64,000 bases of DNA from the human T2T-CHM13v2.0 reference genome, Homo sapiens. The notes beneath the pieces were generated by a model. It ran no database searches, was not told the DNA's origin, and saw only the letters and a program-made list of their open reading frames with translations. The DNA lies in the NCBI RefSeq assembly GCF_009914755.1, contig NC_060927.1. One strand, written 5' to 3'. Each line of letters starts with the position of its first letter. Positions within the stretch are counted from its first letter, which is position 1. This document shows, in pieces, positions 14,007 to 32,697 of the stretch. Position numbers and translations under genes: made by a program.

Positions 14007-14470
14007 GTATATCAGTTACCTTGTATTGTATAATGAACCAGCCCAAAAGATTTGAAACAACAAACATTTCCTGAGCTCATGGTTCTGTAGATTGGCAATT
14101 TCAATTGGACTTTATGGTGTGTTATGGATTTGGCTAATCTTGGCTGGCATTTCTCATGCCTCTTCATTCAGCTAGTAAGTGAATCAGGGCTGTCTGAGAC
14201 ACAGGGGGCCTCACTTCGTGTGGAGATCTGGGGCTTGTTCCCATGAAAATAATGGAGGCACCAAGAAAGCAGATCAGAGTGGAAACTGTAAGAAAGCAGA
14301 GTGGGATCTGTAAGACCTCTTGAAGTCCAGGCTTGGAACAAATGCAATGTCTCTTCTGTGAGTTTGTTTTGGATAAATCCAATCATAAACCCAGCCCAGA
14401 TTTATGGGTTACACAAGAAATTCCATCTCTTGATGGAGAAGCTAAAAAAATTGGTGCAATTTTTGAAATG
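14007..14470. mobile_element. MLT1-type MaLR LTR
   Basis: gtatatcagttacc...aaacaacaaacattt...ctcatggttctgtag...ccatctcttgatgg; resembles the 9.3 kb element. Confidence 0.65.
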
Positions 14471-15720
14471 CAAGAAAAAGCAGGTAAGCTCTTTCTAAAC
14501 AGTATTTTAATTGATGGAAGAAGCATGGTACTACATGGCAGAATGCTTGGCTCCTGGTCACTTCACTGAATCTGACTATTATCATCCACAGTGCAGAGCA
14601 TTTGTACCAAATGCTCTATTATTTTAATTTAAAATTGCATCTCCTTGTGATTCATCCCAGGGCTAAGACAAGCATGCATGCCATGCATTTATTTATTTGG
14701 GAGTTGGGGGCTTCTCCTTTTATTTCTTTCTGACAGGTGTCCTGGGAAATCCTTCTGGAGCAGCAATCTGGCCCTTCTTATCATTTTGCCAATCTGATTA
14801 CCCTAGGGTAGGGTGATTTAACAGGAGTAATTAATCATTGTGTTTTCTGAAATTGGAAGCCAAGGCACATTAGCCTCATACCAGAGAGCATGTATGCAAG
14901 TGAGGGGGTTATGAAGGAGTGTATGTAATGAGAGAGGTGAGAGTCTTATAATTAAGGAGGAGTATAAATAATAATGAAAGTCATTAGTGCCACTTGGTTG
15001 AAAGAATGTCATAAATGTACTTGGGACATTAAAGTGAAATCCATTATGACAAACATTAACACATACAAAGGACGGGGAAAATGTGGTTATCTTGGGTTTG
15101 ACAGATAGTGTCAGCTTCCAGTGGGGCCCAGATGGCATTCAGGAAAATGTTATGAGCAGTTTTATTTTAATATTTTTGGTTATGTGATATTTGGGAATCA
15201 AATGACACAAACACATGAGGAATTTTCACATGCCTGGCCTTGAAGAGGCTGGCAGAGAAGAGAGGTCACTGAACGCAGTGGCAGACTGGAGGACTTCCAT
15301 CTCAGAGGCACGACTTTTTTTCCTTGGTTGTTGCGATAACTCAAGGCATATGATGCGGTCTGGCATTTTTCCTCTGTGAAATTCCCTGTTGAACCAGTTT
15401 GGAGTTTGGATGCTTTCTTTAAAAAATAGCAAAGTGTGGGGGGAGCGACAGGGATGAGAATGAGGACATTTAAACAATTATGCAGGAAATTATATGATGC
15501 TAAAATTGAACATGGACAGGCTGTTCAATGGCAGGATTCCCACTCGTGCTGAGCTTTGCAAAGGGGAAGATTTTTTTTTCTTTTGCTTTCTCTCCAAGAC
15601 TGTAATTTTTGAGCAGGAAATAATTCAGAGTATAAAACAAAAGAAAAAATTAAATATATGTAGAGTGGAAGCACAGAGAAACAAAAAGGAGGCAGTTGTA
15701 AAAAAAAATTAAGATGAAAA

Positions 15721-15721
<1 letters not shown>

Positions 15722-15752
<31 letters not shown>
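15722..15752 (+). repeat. (TG)n microsatellite
   Basis: Direct reading. Confidence 0.97.
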
Positions 15753-15755
<3 letters not shown>

Positions 15756-16444
15756 TTCAAAGTAAGGGAGTGATAAATGCTGGTGATGGTTTGGGAAGAA
15801 AAATGTTCCTCTCTGGGATTTCTTTTCAGGGTAGTGCAGACTCAACAGGATCATATTCCTGACACACAAGCGTATCATGAGGACTCAATAGGTCTATATA
15901 CATTAAAGGCTTAGTACACTGACTGACAAATGGTAAGTCCTGAATAAATGGGAGCTATAATAACTATTATTATAAGTGTTATTGTTATTGTACATCAGGC
16001 CTGGTGGAGCAATCCATATATTTGGGAATCTAAAATTATTTATGCATGATGGGAAAGAGGGAGGGATAAACTGATATCTGTGTCAAGCCTACTACATGCA
16101 AAGAGATTTAGCTAATATGTTAGCTCGTATAATCTATTGCAAAGCTGCTCATTAGGTGTTATTGACTACAGTTGAGGAGACAAAGGATTGGATAGTTCAA
16201 TGCATGTAAAGCAGTATAACAGTCACCAGCACATAATAAATGCTCAATGAACATTACCTCTCATGATTGTCATGCTCAAAGTCACACCAGTATCTACTGG
16301 AAGAATCCAAATTTCAATCCCTTTCTTTTTTATTTCAATGACACCAAGCTGACTCTTACTTGACTCACCAGGAACAATCTACAGCTCACAAATGGACATT
16401 CTATAGTGAAGGCTTGGGATATAAGAGCAAGGCTTTTTGTATTC

Positions 16445-16640
16445 CTATGCAAGGGCATACAGAGCGATATCATGGACTTTAGAGACTCAGAAGGGGGAGG
16501 GTGAGAGGGCGGCAGAGATTTTTTAAAAAAGACACATTAAGCACAATGTACTAAAACCTCAGAAATCACTACTATATAACTCATCTATGTAACAAAAAAA
16601 GAAACACTTGTACCCCTAGAGCTATTGCATTAAATAAATG
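16445..16640 (+). mobile_element. L1PB-type 3' end fragment
   Basis: ggcatacagag..atggactttagagactcagaaggggg...cacttgtacccc..agctattg. Confidence 0.75.
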
Positions 16641-16749
16641 GTAAGACTTTGAAGACTGCAGCCAGAAAATTGGGTGGAAATCTCTGCAATAGTCCTTCAG
16701 AAGTATGGTTTTTGTAGTGCACGTGTATGGCACATTCCTTTCAAGGAAA

Positions 16750-17140
16750 GACTAGTCTGGGCTCCTGGGAAGACTTAGCAGAGAGTCTTCTGTTGTTTTC
16801 CCTTCAGGATTGCTTTGTTTGTCAAGAATCACTTGATACGAGGTCATGGCTATCCTTGATACAGTCCATATCTGATGACTGAAGGCTATGGGCATATAAA
16901 GGCCTAGACATCCCAACTCAGTATGAAAAATTCTAAAGGGCCATTAGAGCTCCTCATTGGTGTGTTTGGGAGAAAGGGGCATTGGCTACAGCTGTCACTG
17001 GACCTGCATCGTGACTCAACTTCTACATCCAATCCCACAGTCCTTTCTCTCCCTTCACAGGAGTTCACCCCAAGTGCTCTTTTAAATAAACATTATACAC
17101 TCTAAACTGGCTCAGAATCTGATTCCCAGGGACCCCAAGT
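16750..17140 (+). mobile_element. Old ERVL-type LTR (LTR16/LTR33-like)
   Basis: Ends aataaac...ctcagaatctgattcccagggacccc, like ERVL LTR 3' ends. Confidence 0.45.
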
Positions 17141-17212
17141 GGTAAGAGAATTGAATCTGCTAAGGGAAGTGGTATGATAATAACCTAAGTGATTTCATAA
17201 TATCCACACTGA

Positions 17213-17722
<510 letters not shown>

Positions 17723-19289
17723 CCCCGTGTATGTGTTTTGATGTAGAAAAAAATTATGTTTAAAATGAACAGCAACAACATCAGGAGGAAGGAAAAGGGA
17801 GTCATAAAAGGGCAACATTTGGGCTGAGAAGGCTATGTAGAGAACAACCTTCAGTGCCTCTTGATTTAGGAAACCTCATTTGCAACTCTAAATAAAAGAG
17901 ACCAAAACCTGGACTTATGTAAAAGGGGCTGAGGAAGAACATGCAGAAGCTAGAACTTGGCTTAATTTTGCTTACTTGTTTTTAAATTACATTTTTATAT
18001 ATTTTAAATTTCACAAGTAGTATCTGAATATAATCTCATAATTAAAAAGAAGCAAATACATTAGCCCTTTAAAAATCTAATAATCTTCAACCCATCCTGC
18101 TCAGCCTAGAAGTTTCCCTTAAGTAGGGAAGATTGCTGGGCTAGAGCTTCTTTTGTATTAGTGGATAATGTTTTTACTTATTTGTTTTTAGAATTTTTAA
18201 TTCTGTTTTTTGTCTATGTGTTTTAATTTGTACTTTTAAAAAATATTTATTCCTTCAAACACTTAGGATTATTTGTAGAAATTTGTTTATATTTTTAATT
18301 TTTTTTAAAAAAAGAACATCACATTTGTAGCAATATTCCTCCTCTACTTCCCGAAGGCCTATTTGTATCTTCTTTCTTTTTTCTTAGAAAATTGTCTGGT
18401 TTGCAAAGTATAAACTATTTTGGAAAAAAATCTTTGTTAAAATTATAATGAGTCTATCTTTTTTATTCTTTTAATTTTTGGTTTAAGTCTGCACTTTTCT
18501 TTTTCAGTTGAATATTTAAATAATCACTTTTCAATTATTCTATCTACCTATCTTCTGTCTATCTACTTATCCATCTGTCATTTATAGGGCTATGAAATCC
18601 CCTCTGAGCACAGCTTTAGCTCCTTCCCACTGACATACAAAGGTCTTCTCTTTTAAACAGTTTTTTTTCATGATTACATTTTTAAACAATTGATTATTTT
18701 AAGAGTGTGCAACTTAATCTCCCAACATGTTTTGAGGGACATTCACCATCAAACTATTGTGGATTTCTAATTTTATTTCATAAGGTTAGGAAATACATTT
18801 CTTTTTTTTTTAAATCAGTGATGATTTCTTGTGGCTTATATGATATGTATTCAAAATGTTTCATGTGTTTGAAAATAATGCATATTTTTCTTTGGAAGGT
18901 ATAACGTACTATAGAAAGCCTCAGGATCATACTTGTTAATTGTGTCATGTAACTCTAATTTTTTACTATTTTTCCATTTTTGTAAATTTGTCAGTTCCTT
19001 CTATGAATTCTCCTATTTCAGCTTTATACATACTTGTAGCTATTACAAAATGTCTTTGCATTTTCAAAATTCCAGCATTAGAAACAAATTTCTTTTTATC
19101 TAAATAGATTTCATTATCAAAAAATATCTATTGGAATGCCATCAGTCTTGGAAAAGGTGATACTTCCAGCTACACTGGCAAACACAAGGTACTTCTACCA
19201 TGCTTCTGCCCTCCTGGGTTTTTGTCAGCTTTGGCTAATTGATCAAGGTCTTCCTTCCTGCAGAGTCCAGATGCTACTTTGGAACATAT

Positions 19290-19960
19290 CACTCAAGTCA
19301 GTTGCTACCAACTGATAACAGTTTGCCCTTCAGTCAATAAAACCTATTTTCTCTTCCTCCTTAAAACATTGTCAAGTCAAGATAAAAAAAAATGCAATTG
19401 AGCAGTGTCTACCAGGTTCAGAGAAAAACATCAAATTAATATTTTCTCAGTCAAGCTATTATTCAAGGAAATAGGCCAACACTGTTAAGCATAGGCAATC
19501 TCAAGGTACAAAGTTTCTATGGGACCTTCTTGAAATAGCTACTTGACAAAATCTAGATAACAAAGAAGTGAATCAAAATTAAACAACCTTGCATTAGACA
19601 AGCTATGATAAGTGGAATCCATCAAAATATGATTAACCAATTATAGTTACAGGAAGTTACAGGACAGTAAGTAAATAATTTGTACTGCTATAATAGAAAT
19701 GAAATATGTCACTGGGGAGAAAGAAGATAAAACCGCTGACCCATAATCCATATATCTAGTAATTAGTGAAAGAATGTTATTGAGACAGGAAAAAGGCTGT
19801 TGACTCAGCCTAATCTTCTTGTAAACATATTGATAAATGAACCTCTTGGTAAATGGTCTAATGATAATTTCTAGGAGTATAGGCTGTTATCTATGAAGTA
19901 CTGCTAACTAAATGTTCCTAGGTTAGGTTGCTTATGATGGATAACATTAGTATAAATTGA
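19290..19960 (+). mobile_element. Possible ancient non-L1 LINE reverse-transcriptase fossil
   Basis: Degenerate RT motifs in the expected order (see findings). Confidence 0.4.
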
Positions 19961-21419
19961 TTTATGAAGCATAATTCTCAAAGAATATCATAGAAGCTAT
20001 ATAACTATCTGAAGTTTCAAATAAAAATGTTTCATGACATTACTCACTCTGTAAGACTCTGGCAAATTTTCATTAGAGGCCTCATGTATTACTCTGGTGT
20101 GAGGACCTTTTGTCCCATAAAAGAAGGAAGAACCCAAGGAGCTATGCAGGGTCTCCGGGACCTCTGTTTGCTTTGCTTAGGGCTCTCAATTCTTGTATAT
20201 TAAAATTATTAATCAAGCTTGAGATTGGGTATGATCATTGTGTGACTCAGATTTGACAAACAACTATTTATTTTTGCTGAGTAGCACAACTTGGGAGTTG
20301 ATTAGGAAGAAGTGCAAAAATGTCTATTTCTTCTTGTTTCTTAGCATGGAGCCCAGTAATATTGCTCAGAATTAACACATATAGTTATTAAAAATGTTTT
20401 AATCTCAACATTTCAATGTTTTATTGTATCTAGTGTTCAACAAATTCTTTTATTTTATTTCCATTTCTTCTCCCTCTATATTCAAGTAATGTGTTATTAA
20501 AAGTAGCACATATCATAAATCTTTTTAAAAACAATTTCTTTATGTAACTACTGATTTTTCTATATTTTTGGGAGAACACACACTAGAAAGATTGTTTATT
20601 TCTTGAATTTTTTATAAAGGGTATGAACAACTTTAAAACAATAAATTATTTATCATTATTTATTTCAAAATGACCAACCAGCTCCTAGCTAGGGATTAAT
20701 TTAACAAGCATAAGGTATTTTGGAAATACTAGATAATGGGGAGGAAAAGGATGAAAACATGGTAACCAAATTCCCGAATCCTAACATTTTGTCTCCCACC
20801 TGATACTTTGTACAAATTCTTAGCATAATTATCCTTCATTATTTCTGTATTTGTTATATGCTTACTATGTCCAAAGCAGTGTATTAAGCATTGACAGAAA
20901 GAAGAGAATCTTCCCTCAGGGTGCTTACAGCTCAAAGTAAAATGTGGATAGTTAAATCAGTGTGGTTTATTGTGAAGGGTAACAAGCTCTGTATAAAGTC
21001 CTATGGAGATCTGGAAGGTGTAAACAATAAATGGCTCAGGCAATTAAGAAAAGTTTCCATAAAGAGGTCTAGTGTACACATTAACGACATCTAATTTATA
21101 ATATATTTGGCATTTTTAAGAATTTGACATTCCATTTTTCAAAATAACACCTTGAATGGGATGCAAAATACAACTTCACAACTGCCCGACATAGCCATGA
21201 AATAGAACAACCATTTCTTAGGCAGTTACATAACAAAGATCAAAGAACACTAGTTAGCAAACAGAGAAATTAGATTATAATCCTGATTTCAACACTAAAC
21301 TATTGTAAAGAATGTGAATTTGTGAAGTGACATAAACTCTTTGGGTTTCATTGTCTTCATCATATAGGAAGTGGCGTTAAATAACATGACTCAATATGTT
21401 TTGTGCATAGGAATCTGAA

Positions 21420-22325
21420 ACAGCCTGGTGTTATCATAGTAACACCATAATAATATAATAAAATTATAAATAATAATTATGAAATTTATAACAGAAGGAA
21501 GACCTGTGTAACTAAAATCCAAACTAGGAGGCATTGGTTTAGCAATCAGACAGGAAGTGGTAAGAAAACTGATATCGCAGGTTGAAAAGATGAAAAAATG
21601 TTTGGTAAAATTTTTACCTGCAGCAATCTAGAAAGCAAATCACATGCCTTACAAATGAGAGGCTGTACAAAAAGCTGGAGACAAATATGTCAGTTGTATG
21701 TGTATTTGTAGAATATTATGTGATACCTTTGGCAAAGTGTTAAAAGATGGAGCTAAACTCCAGATAGAATTGGCTGGTGTGTAAATAGAAATGTTGAAAA
21801 CGTGTTAGAAAAGCAGAATGCTTCTAACCCTGGTTAAGATGCCTTATAAAGAGGTTTTGAATGGAAACATATCCAATAAACCTAAACATGTGATTAAAAT
21901 GATGCATGTAAACATCTAAATAAGAGTGCAGCCTACATACTTTTTGTTAAAGTTTTTCAGTGGATAAATGTAATCAGGGAAAAGATTAGAAAGGGTATGA
22001 CCTTCATACCTGTTGTTGCAGATATCCTCTTGGAAGCAGCCTAAAGAGAGAACTATGGGAGAAGACGGTGGGATGGTGAGAAAGGAGGAGACTGGAAAAA
22101 AAAAACAGTTAAGAAAACCACTGTGAGTGTAGTTATTGGCACATGAAATTTGCTGAAAAGAAGCCTAGTAAGTTTTGAAAGATAGCTACTATTAATTAAA
22201 AGAAAAAAAAAGAAAGAAATCAAGAGCTCAAGATTCAAAATGACCCTTTGGCTCTCAAAGTTCTGCAGGCAGGAAGCAGAGTAAGAAAGCTACACAACCG
22301 GCTCAGATAAACTAGGCAGATAATG
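21420..22325. mobile_element. MaLR (MLT1) internal sequence, continuing at ~27286-27633; host of the L1PA4 and Alu
   Basis: tttggtaaaatttttacctgcagcaatctagaaagcaaatcacatgcc and ggaaatgtttattgtggttatcct resemble MLT1-int. Confidence 0.5.
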
Positions 22326-22343
22326 AAAAAAGAGGAATCTCCT

Positions 22344-27267
<4,924 letters not shown>

Positions 27268-27650
27268 AAAAAAGAGGAATCTCCTAGAGGACATTACCTA
27301 GAGACTTCTAGAGCAACGACAAGATAGCCAAATCAAGATTTGAAGAATTCTCTGTACCCAGAGCATAGAAGAGCTTTAGAATGTCTGCCCAGAAGGATTT
27401 CAGAATTTCTGCAAACTGTGACACCTGTTATCTCCCGTTTTTCCACTTTGGAAATGGAAATGTTTATTGTGGTTATCCTCTTCTTGTCCAACCACTGCCT
27501 ATTAGTACTGGTTGTGGTGGGGCCACTGGGACAGGTAATTTCTTTTAATCCACTGATTTCTGTAACTTTAGCTAGACCCTTTTCTAGATTTAATATAGTA
27601 ATTACTCTACATCACTGAAAGGTCCTAGACTTTGAAATAAATGTGTTGTT

Positions 27651-27993
<343 letters not shown>

Positions 27994-28643
27994 TTACTTA
28001 GTATTTGGGGTTGTCTCCTGTGATAAGGGAGGAAATGTCTTTTTTAAGTGGGAAGAAAGAAACAAAGAAATATTTGGTGACCAGTAGTATGTAAAGCTAT
28101 AGTATTTATATATTACTGAAAGTCAAAAGGTGTCAAGAACATCTGAATTTAATAATTATTGCTCATGTCTAGGAGTGTTATTAATGACAACAATGTTTGG
28201 AAGAGTAATATTATAAAGGTTTTTAAAAATCAATGTAAAAATGTGCTTTACTTGCCTTTACTTCAGGTAAAATCAATAATTATGTTGTTATCATGAAGTT
28301 TGTCCTCTAGTTTGTGTTCAAGTGACAATAGTGATATAAAATATTAAAACATGAAGTAGAAATATTAAGTGCAGAAAATTTGAATATAAAACAAATCTAA
28401 ACAATCCAACCCTGTAGAATGTATGTTTTCAGGAATGTTATTCTTCTCCTAAAGTATTTGTCATTTGCTATTAGAAAATAAAGAAAATCACAAATACTGA
28501 TGAAATTTTAGTAAAACTATAATTGACTTTTATACTTTGAAGCTTACTTATGTCCAGTACTTTTTAAACACAAAGCTATTCACAATTTCAGCTTTTAATG
28601 TCCTTCTAGTTGCCAGTGTAAACAATCAGCTACCGTTGTGCTT

Positions 28644-28829
28644 CAGGCATATTGCCAATTTTCTTGAATAAAAAAACTGTAAACCCAATTAAATTTGAAT
28701 TTCAGATAAACAACAATAATGTTTTAGTATAAGCATGTCTCAAATATTGCATGAGACATATTTATTATAAAAAGATATCCATTTTTTATCTAAAATTCAA
28801 ATTTAACTAACCCTTATCTAACAACACTA
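28644..28829. mobile_element. MER53 palindromic MITE
   Basis: Arms ttaaatttgaatttcagataaa (28689-28710) and tttatctaaaattcaaatttaa (28785-28806) around the core atgtctca-aatattgca-tgagacat. Confidence 0.85.
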
Positions 28830-29399
28830 ATATAGATAACAAATTTAAGAGTAATAGAATTTTCTTAATATTACAACATGTTTCTGATGATAGACATAGA
28901 TAAATACCTAAGGAACAATTAATTGAAAAAAAAAAACAATGAGTAGCAATAAAACAGACACTTTGCAATACACTGAACATTTTTCAATATATTAAAAAAA
29001 ACCACTGAATTCACACCCAGAGGAAAGATTTGACATGTTAATTTGTCTTTTCTCTTACCTATGTGTTTCCACTGTTCAAATTCTGCTTGTATTCTGAAGT
29101 GATCTTCATCTTCATATTTAGCAGTGCAAAACATGTTCATGCTATTGAAACACAGTTGTCTTTTATTTCTAGGCCATAGGGCAAAAGTCCTAGAGAAGGG
29201 TTGTCCCCATGGGTTCTGGAATGTTGTTGGTTATGACAGTGAACGTTTGGAGTTATGACTCAGACTCTACCCGTGCTAAGTCCTTGATCCTGAATAACAT
29301 GAGGGCACATATATCCTTTAATAAGTATATGTTTATGGTGTGTGGATGTGTGTTCTTACAAAATCCTGAACTCTCTAACACCTGGGCCCCAGAGTAGAC

Positions 29400-29740
29400 A
29401 TTTGTTATGCCCGTGTGAAGACACTAAGACCAATAAAATAGACTAGAGATATAGTTCTCTCCAAATATCCATGCTCCAACATGTTTTCCAGTCCCCCTTG
29501 TAGTTTTCCTTTTGTCCTTGCAATGAGTTCTGGCCAATGGACTGTGAACAGAAGTGCTGTGTGGCATATCCTGCCTCAAAGCATTTCAGATATGGTTGAC
29601 AACCTTCAACTGTTGCTTGCCCCCGAGATGTTGAGATGACAGCACTGCAAGATGGTAGAGCCTCCATTTGTGACCAAGAGGAGAAGAAACCCTCACCAAC
29701 TCACACTAGACATGTAGCAAAGAGGAATTTAATTTTTAAT
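29400..29740. mobile_element. MLT1-type MaLR LTR
   Basis: gagttctggccaatggactgtgaacagaagtg...agatggtagagcctc. Confidence 0.6.
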
Positions 29741-30079
29741 GAAAAGAAATGAAAAAGCAAAAATCTTTACTAATGGGAGGAGGCAGGGTTGAATGCATAC
29801 AATCACATACAAATATACCCTTAGGCAAAACTACAATTTCATCCACTCCCTGTTGAAGGTTAATAGAGTTAAACTTATGTGAAAATTGGAAAGCAATCAC
29901 TTTCATGTGGGGAAGCTATTTAATTTTTCTTTTTTATTTATAAATGAACTATCTTAGTGAACTGTTTGCTTTATTAGATGTGTTGGATATATATAATGAT
30001 TTGCAAGTAATTTTGAAAATTTCAAATTTTGAAAAAAAAAAGGTTTTCTTTTCCAATATTTGCACCTATTTTTTGAGGG

Positions 30080-30590
30080 TCTAAGTTTCCCATTGCTACT
30101 GTAATAAATCATCATAAATTTGGTGGCTTAAGTCAACAGAAAGTTATTCTTTCATAGTTCTGGAGGTCAGAAGCCTGAAATCATTATCACTGGACTGAAA
30201 CCAAGGTGTTAACCAGGCCAGACTTCCTCCAGAGGCTCTACTGAAGAATCTGTTCCTTATTTCTACCAGCTCCTGTTGGTTGCCAGTCTCCCTTGGTTTC
30301 TAGCTGCAGCACTCCGATCCAGCCTACATCTTCATGTTGCTTTCTCTTCTTCTGTCTGTGTAATCTTATGCCTTACTCTTATTAATGATGACATTTGTCA
30401 TTATATTTAGGACCCACATAAATAATTCAGAATGATCTATTTATTTCAAGTCTCTTAATTTAATCGTATCTGCAGACACCCTTTTTTCCCAAATAAGGTA
30501 ACATTTACAGACTTCAGGTATTAGGATGGGAATATCTTTTTTTCTTTAGTAGTGGTGAACAAGGGCATTTTTCAGCCTACTACATCCAGT
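30080..30590. mobile_element. MLT1C/D-like LTR
   Basis: ttggtggcttaagtcaacagaaa..ttattctttcatagttctggaggtcagaag...ttcagcctactaca. Confidence 0.8.
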
Positions 30591-31802
30591 TTGGCTATTT
30601 TATTGCATTCTCTAGAACAGAACAATGTTAAAATAATAATGATAGTAGTTGTACTCAACAAGGGAGTTGGTACAAATTACCTAGTTTACTATTACAAGAA
30701 GAATAAACAATATGCTTCATTCTTTATGCCTTTTGTTTATTTCAGTGCTTTTTATACATTCTGTCATAAAGTATTTATCTTTCCTCTAAGATTTTACATA
30801 ACATTTTATTCTCTGTAATTTACCTTTTTGTGAATGTATGACTTATTTCACGTATCGAATTATGCAGGCATAATCATATGAATGTATTTTTTTACAAAAA
30901 CTGTAAAACAGAATCATAAACAAGTTAATGCTTAGTCTGCTTTTATCTGTTCACATTGTGTGTGTGTGTTTGTGTGTGTATCTTAACATATCAACATATA
31001 TTGGTATATGTCATTATGACTAATAGCTCTGTACATGGTGCATAAATATTTCTGGAGATTTAGGATTGTTTTTTCTCATATTTTACTGTTAAATGATACT
31101 ACAATGAACATCTATGTATGCATGTATCTAGCTAGTTAACTAGTTACTTGTATATGTAAATACTTGATAAGAATGCAAAATTTAAAGTAGAGATCAAGAA
31201 AAGAAAGTATATTATTGTAAGCTTCATAGTCTGTACATGAAGTGGTATGATTATCACTTGTATGTAGACTATAGTAATTTAAAATATGTATTTTATATAG
31301 TAAGAACAACCATTTAAAAATTTTTTAAAGAGTTTTAGGTTATAGGTCAATAAGAGAAATAAAATGGTAGTATAAAATATTCAATGGATGCAAAATTTGC
31401 AGAAAAAGTAGGGAAAATAAAACAGTAACAGACAGGATATATAGCTGACTATAAGAAATGCATCTTGAATATAATATAAAGATACAAATAAGAAAAATAA
31501 AATAATAGAAGAAGGTATGCTAAGTTAATACTAGATTTATAAAAACCTAAAATGGTATGCAAAACAGATTCAAAGCACAAAGAAACACAAAATTAGATAA
31601 AGAAAGTCATTCCCAGACACATAGACCAATGGAACAGAATATGGAAACCAGAAATAAGGCTGCATGCCTACAACTGTCTTATCTTTGACAAACCTGACAA
31701 AAAACAAGCAATGGGAAAAGAATTACCTATTCAATAAATGGTGGTGGGATAACTGGCTAGCCATACGCAGAAGATTGAAACTGGACTTTTTCCTTACACC
31801 AT

Positions 31803-32336
31803 TGTGATGGTTAATATCCAGTGTCAACTTGATTGGATTGAAGGATGCAAAATATTGTTTTTGGGTGTGTCTATGTGGGTGTTGCAAAGGAGATTAACAT
31901 TTGAGTCAGTTTAGTGGGAGAGGCAGACCCACCCTCAATCTGGGTGGGCACCATCTAATCAGCTGCCAACACAGCTAGCATAAAATCAGAAAGAGGAATG
32001 TGGAAAGACTAGACTGGCTGAGTCTTCTGACCTCTATCTTTCTCCCGTGCTGGATGCTACCTGGCCTTGGACATCAGAGTCCAAGTTCTTCAGCTTTTGA
32101 ACTCTTGAATTTACACCAGTGATTTGCCAGGGGCTCTCAGGCCTTCAGCCACAAACTGAAGGCTGCACTATTAGCTTTCCTACTTTTGAGGTTTTGGGAC
32201 TCGGACTGGCTTCCTGGCTCCTCAACTTGTGGGACTTCACCTTGTGATTGTGTGAATAGGTTCTCCTAATCAACTTCCCTTCATATATTCATGTATCCTA
32301 TTAGTTCTGTCCCTTTAGAGAACCCTGACTAATACA
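31803..32336 (+). mobile_element. MLT2A-type ERVL solo LTR
   Basis: TG...CA termini (tgtgatggttaata...aaccctgactaataca). 5-bp TSD ACCAT/ACTAT. Confidence 0.92.
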
Positions 32337-32390
32337 ACTATATAAAAAATTAACTCAAAATGGGTTAAACACTTAAATATAAAAATCAAG

Positions 32391-32697
<307 letters not shown>

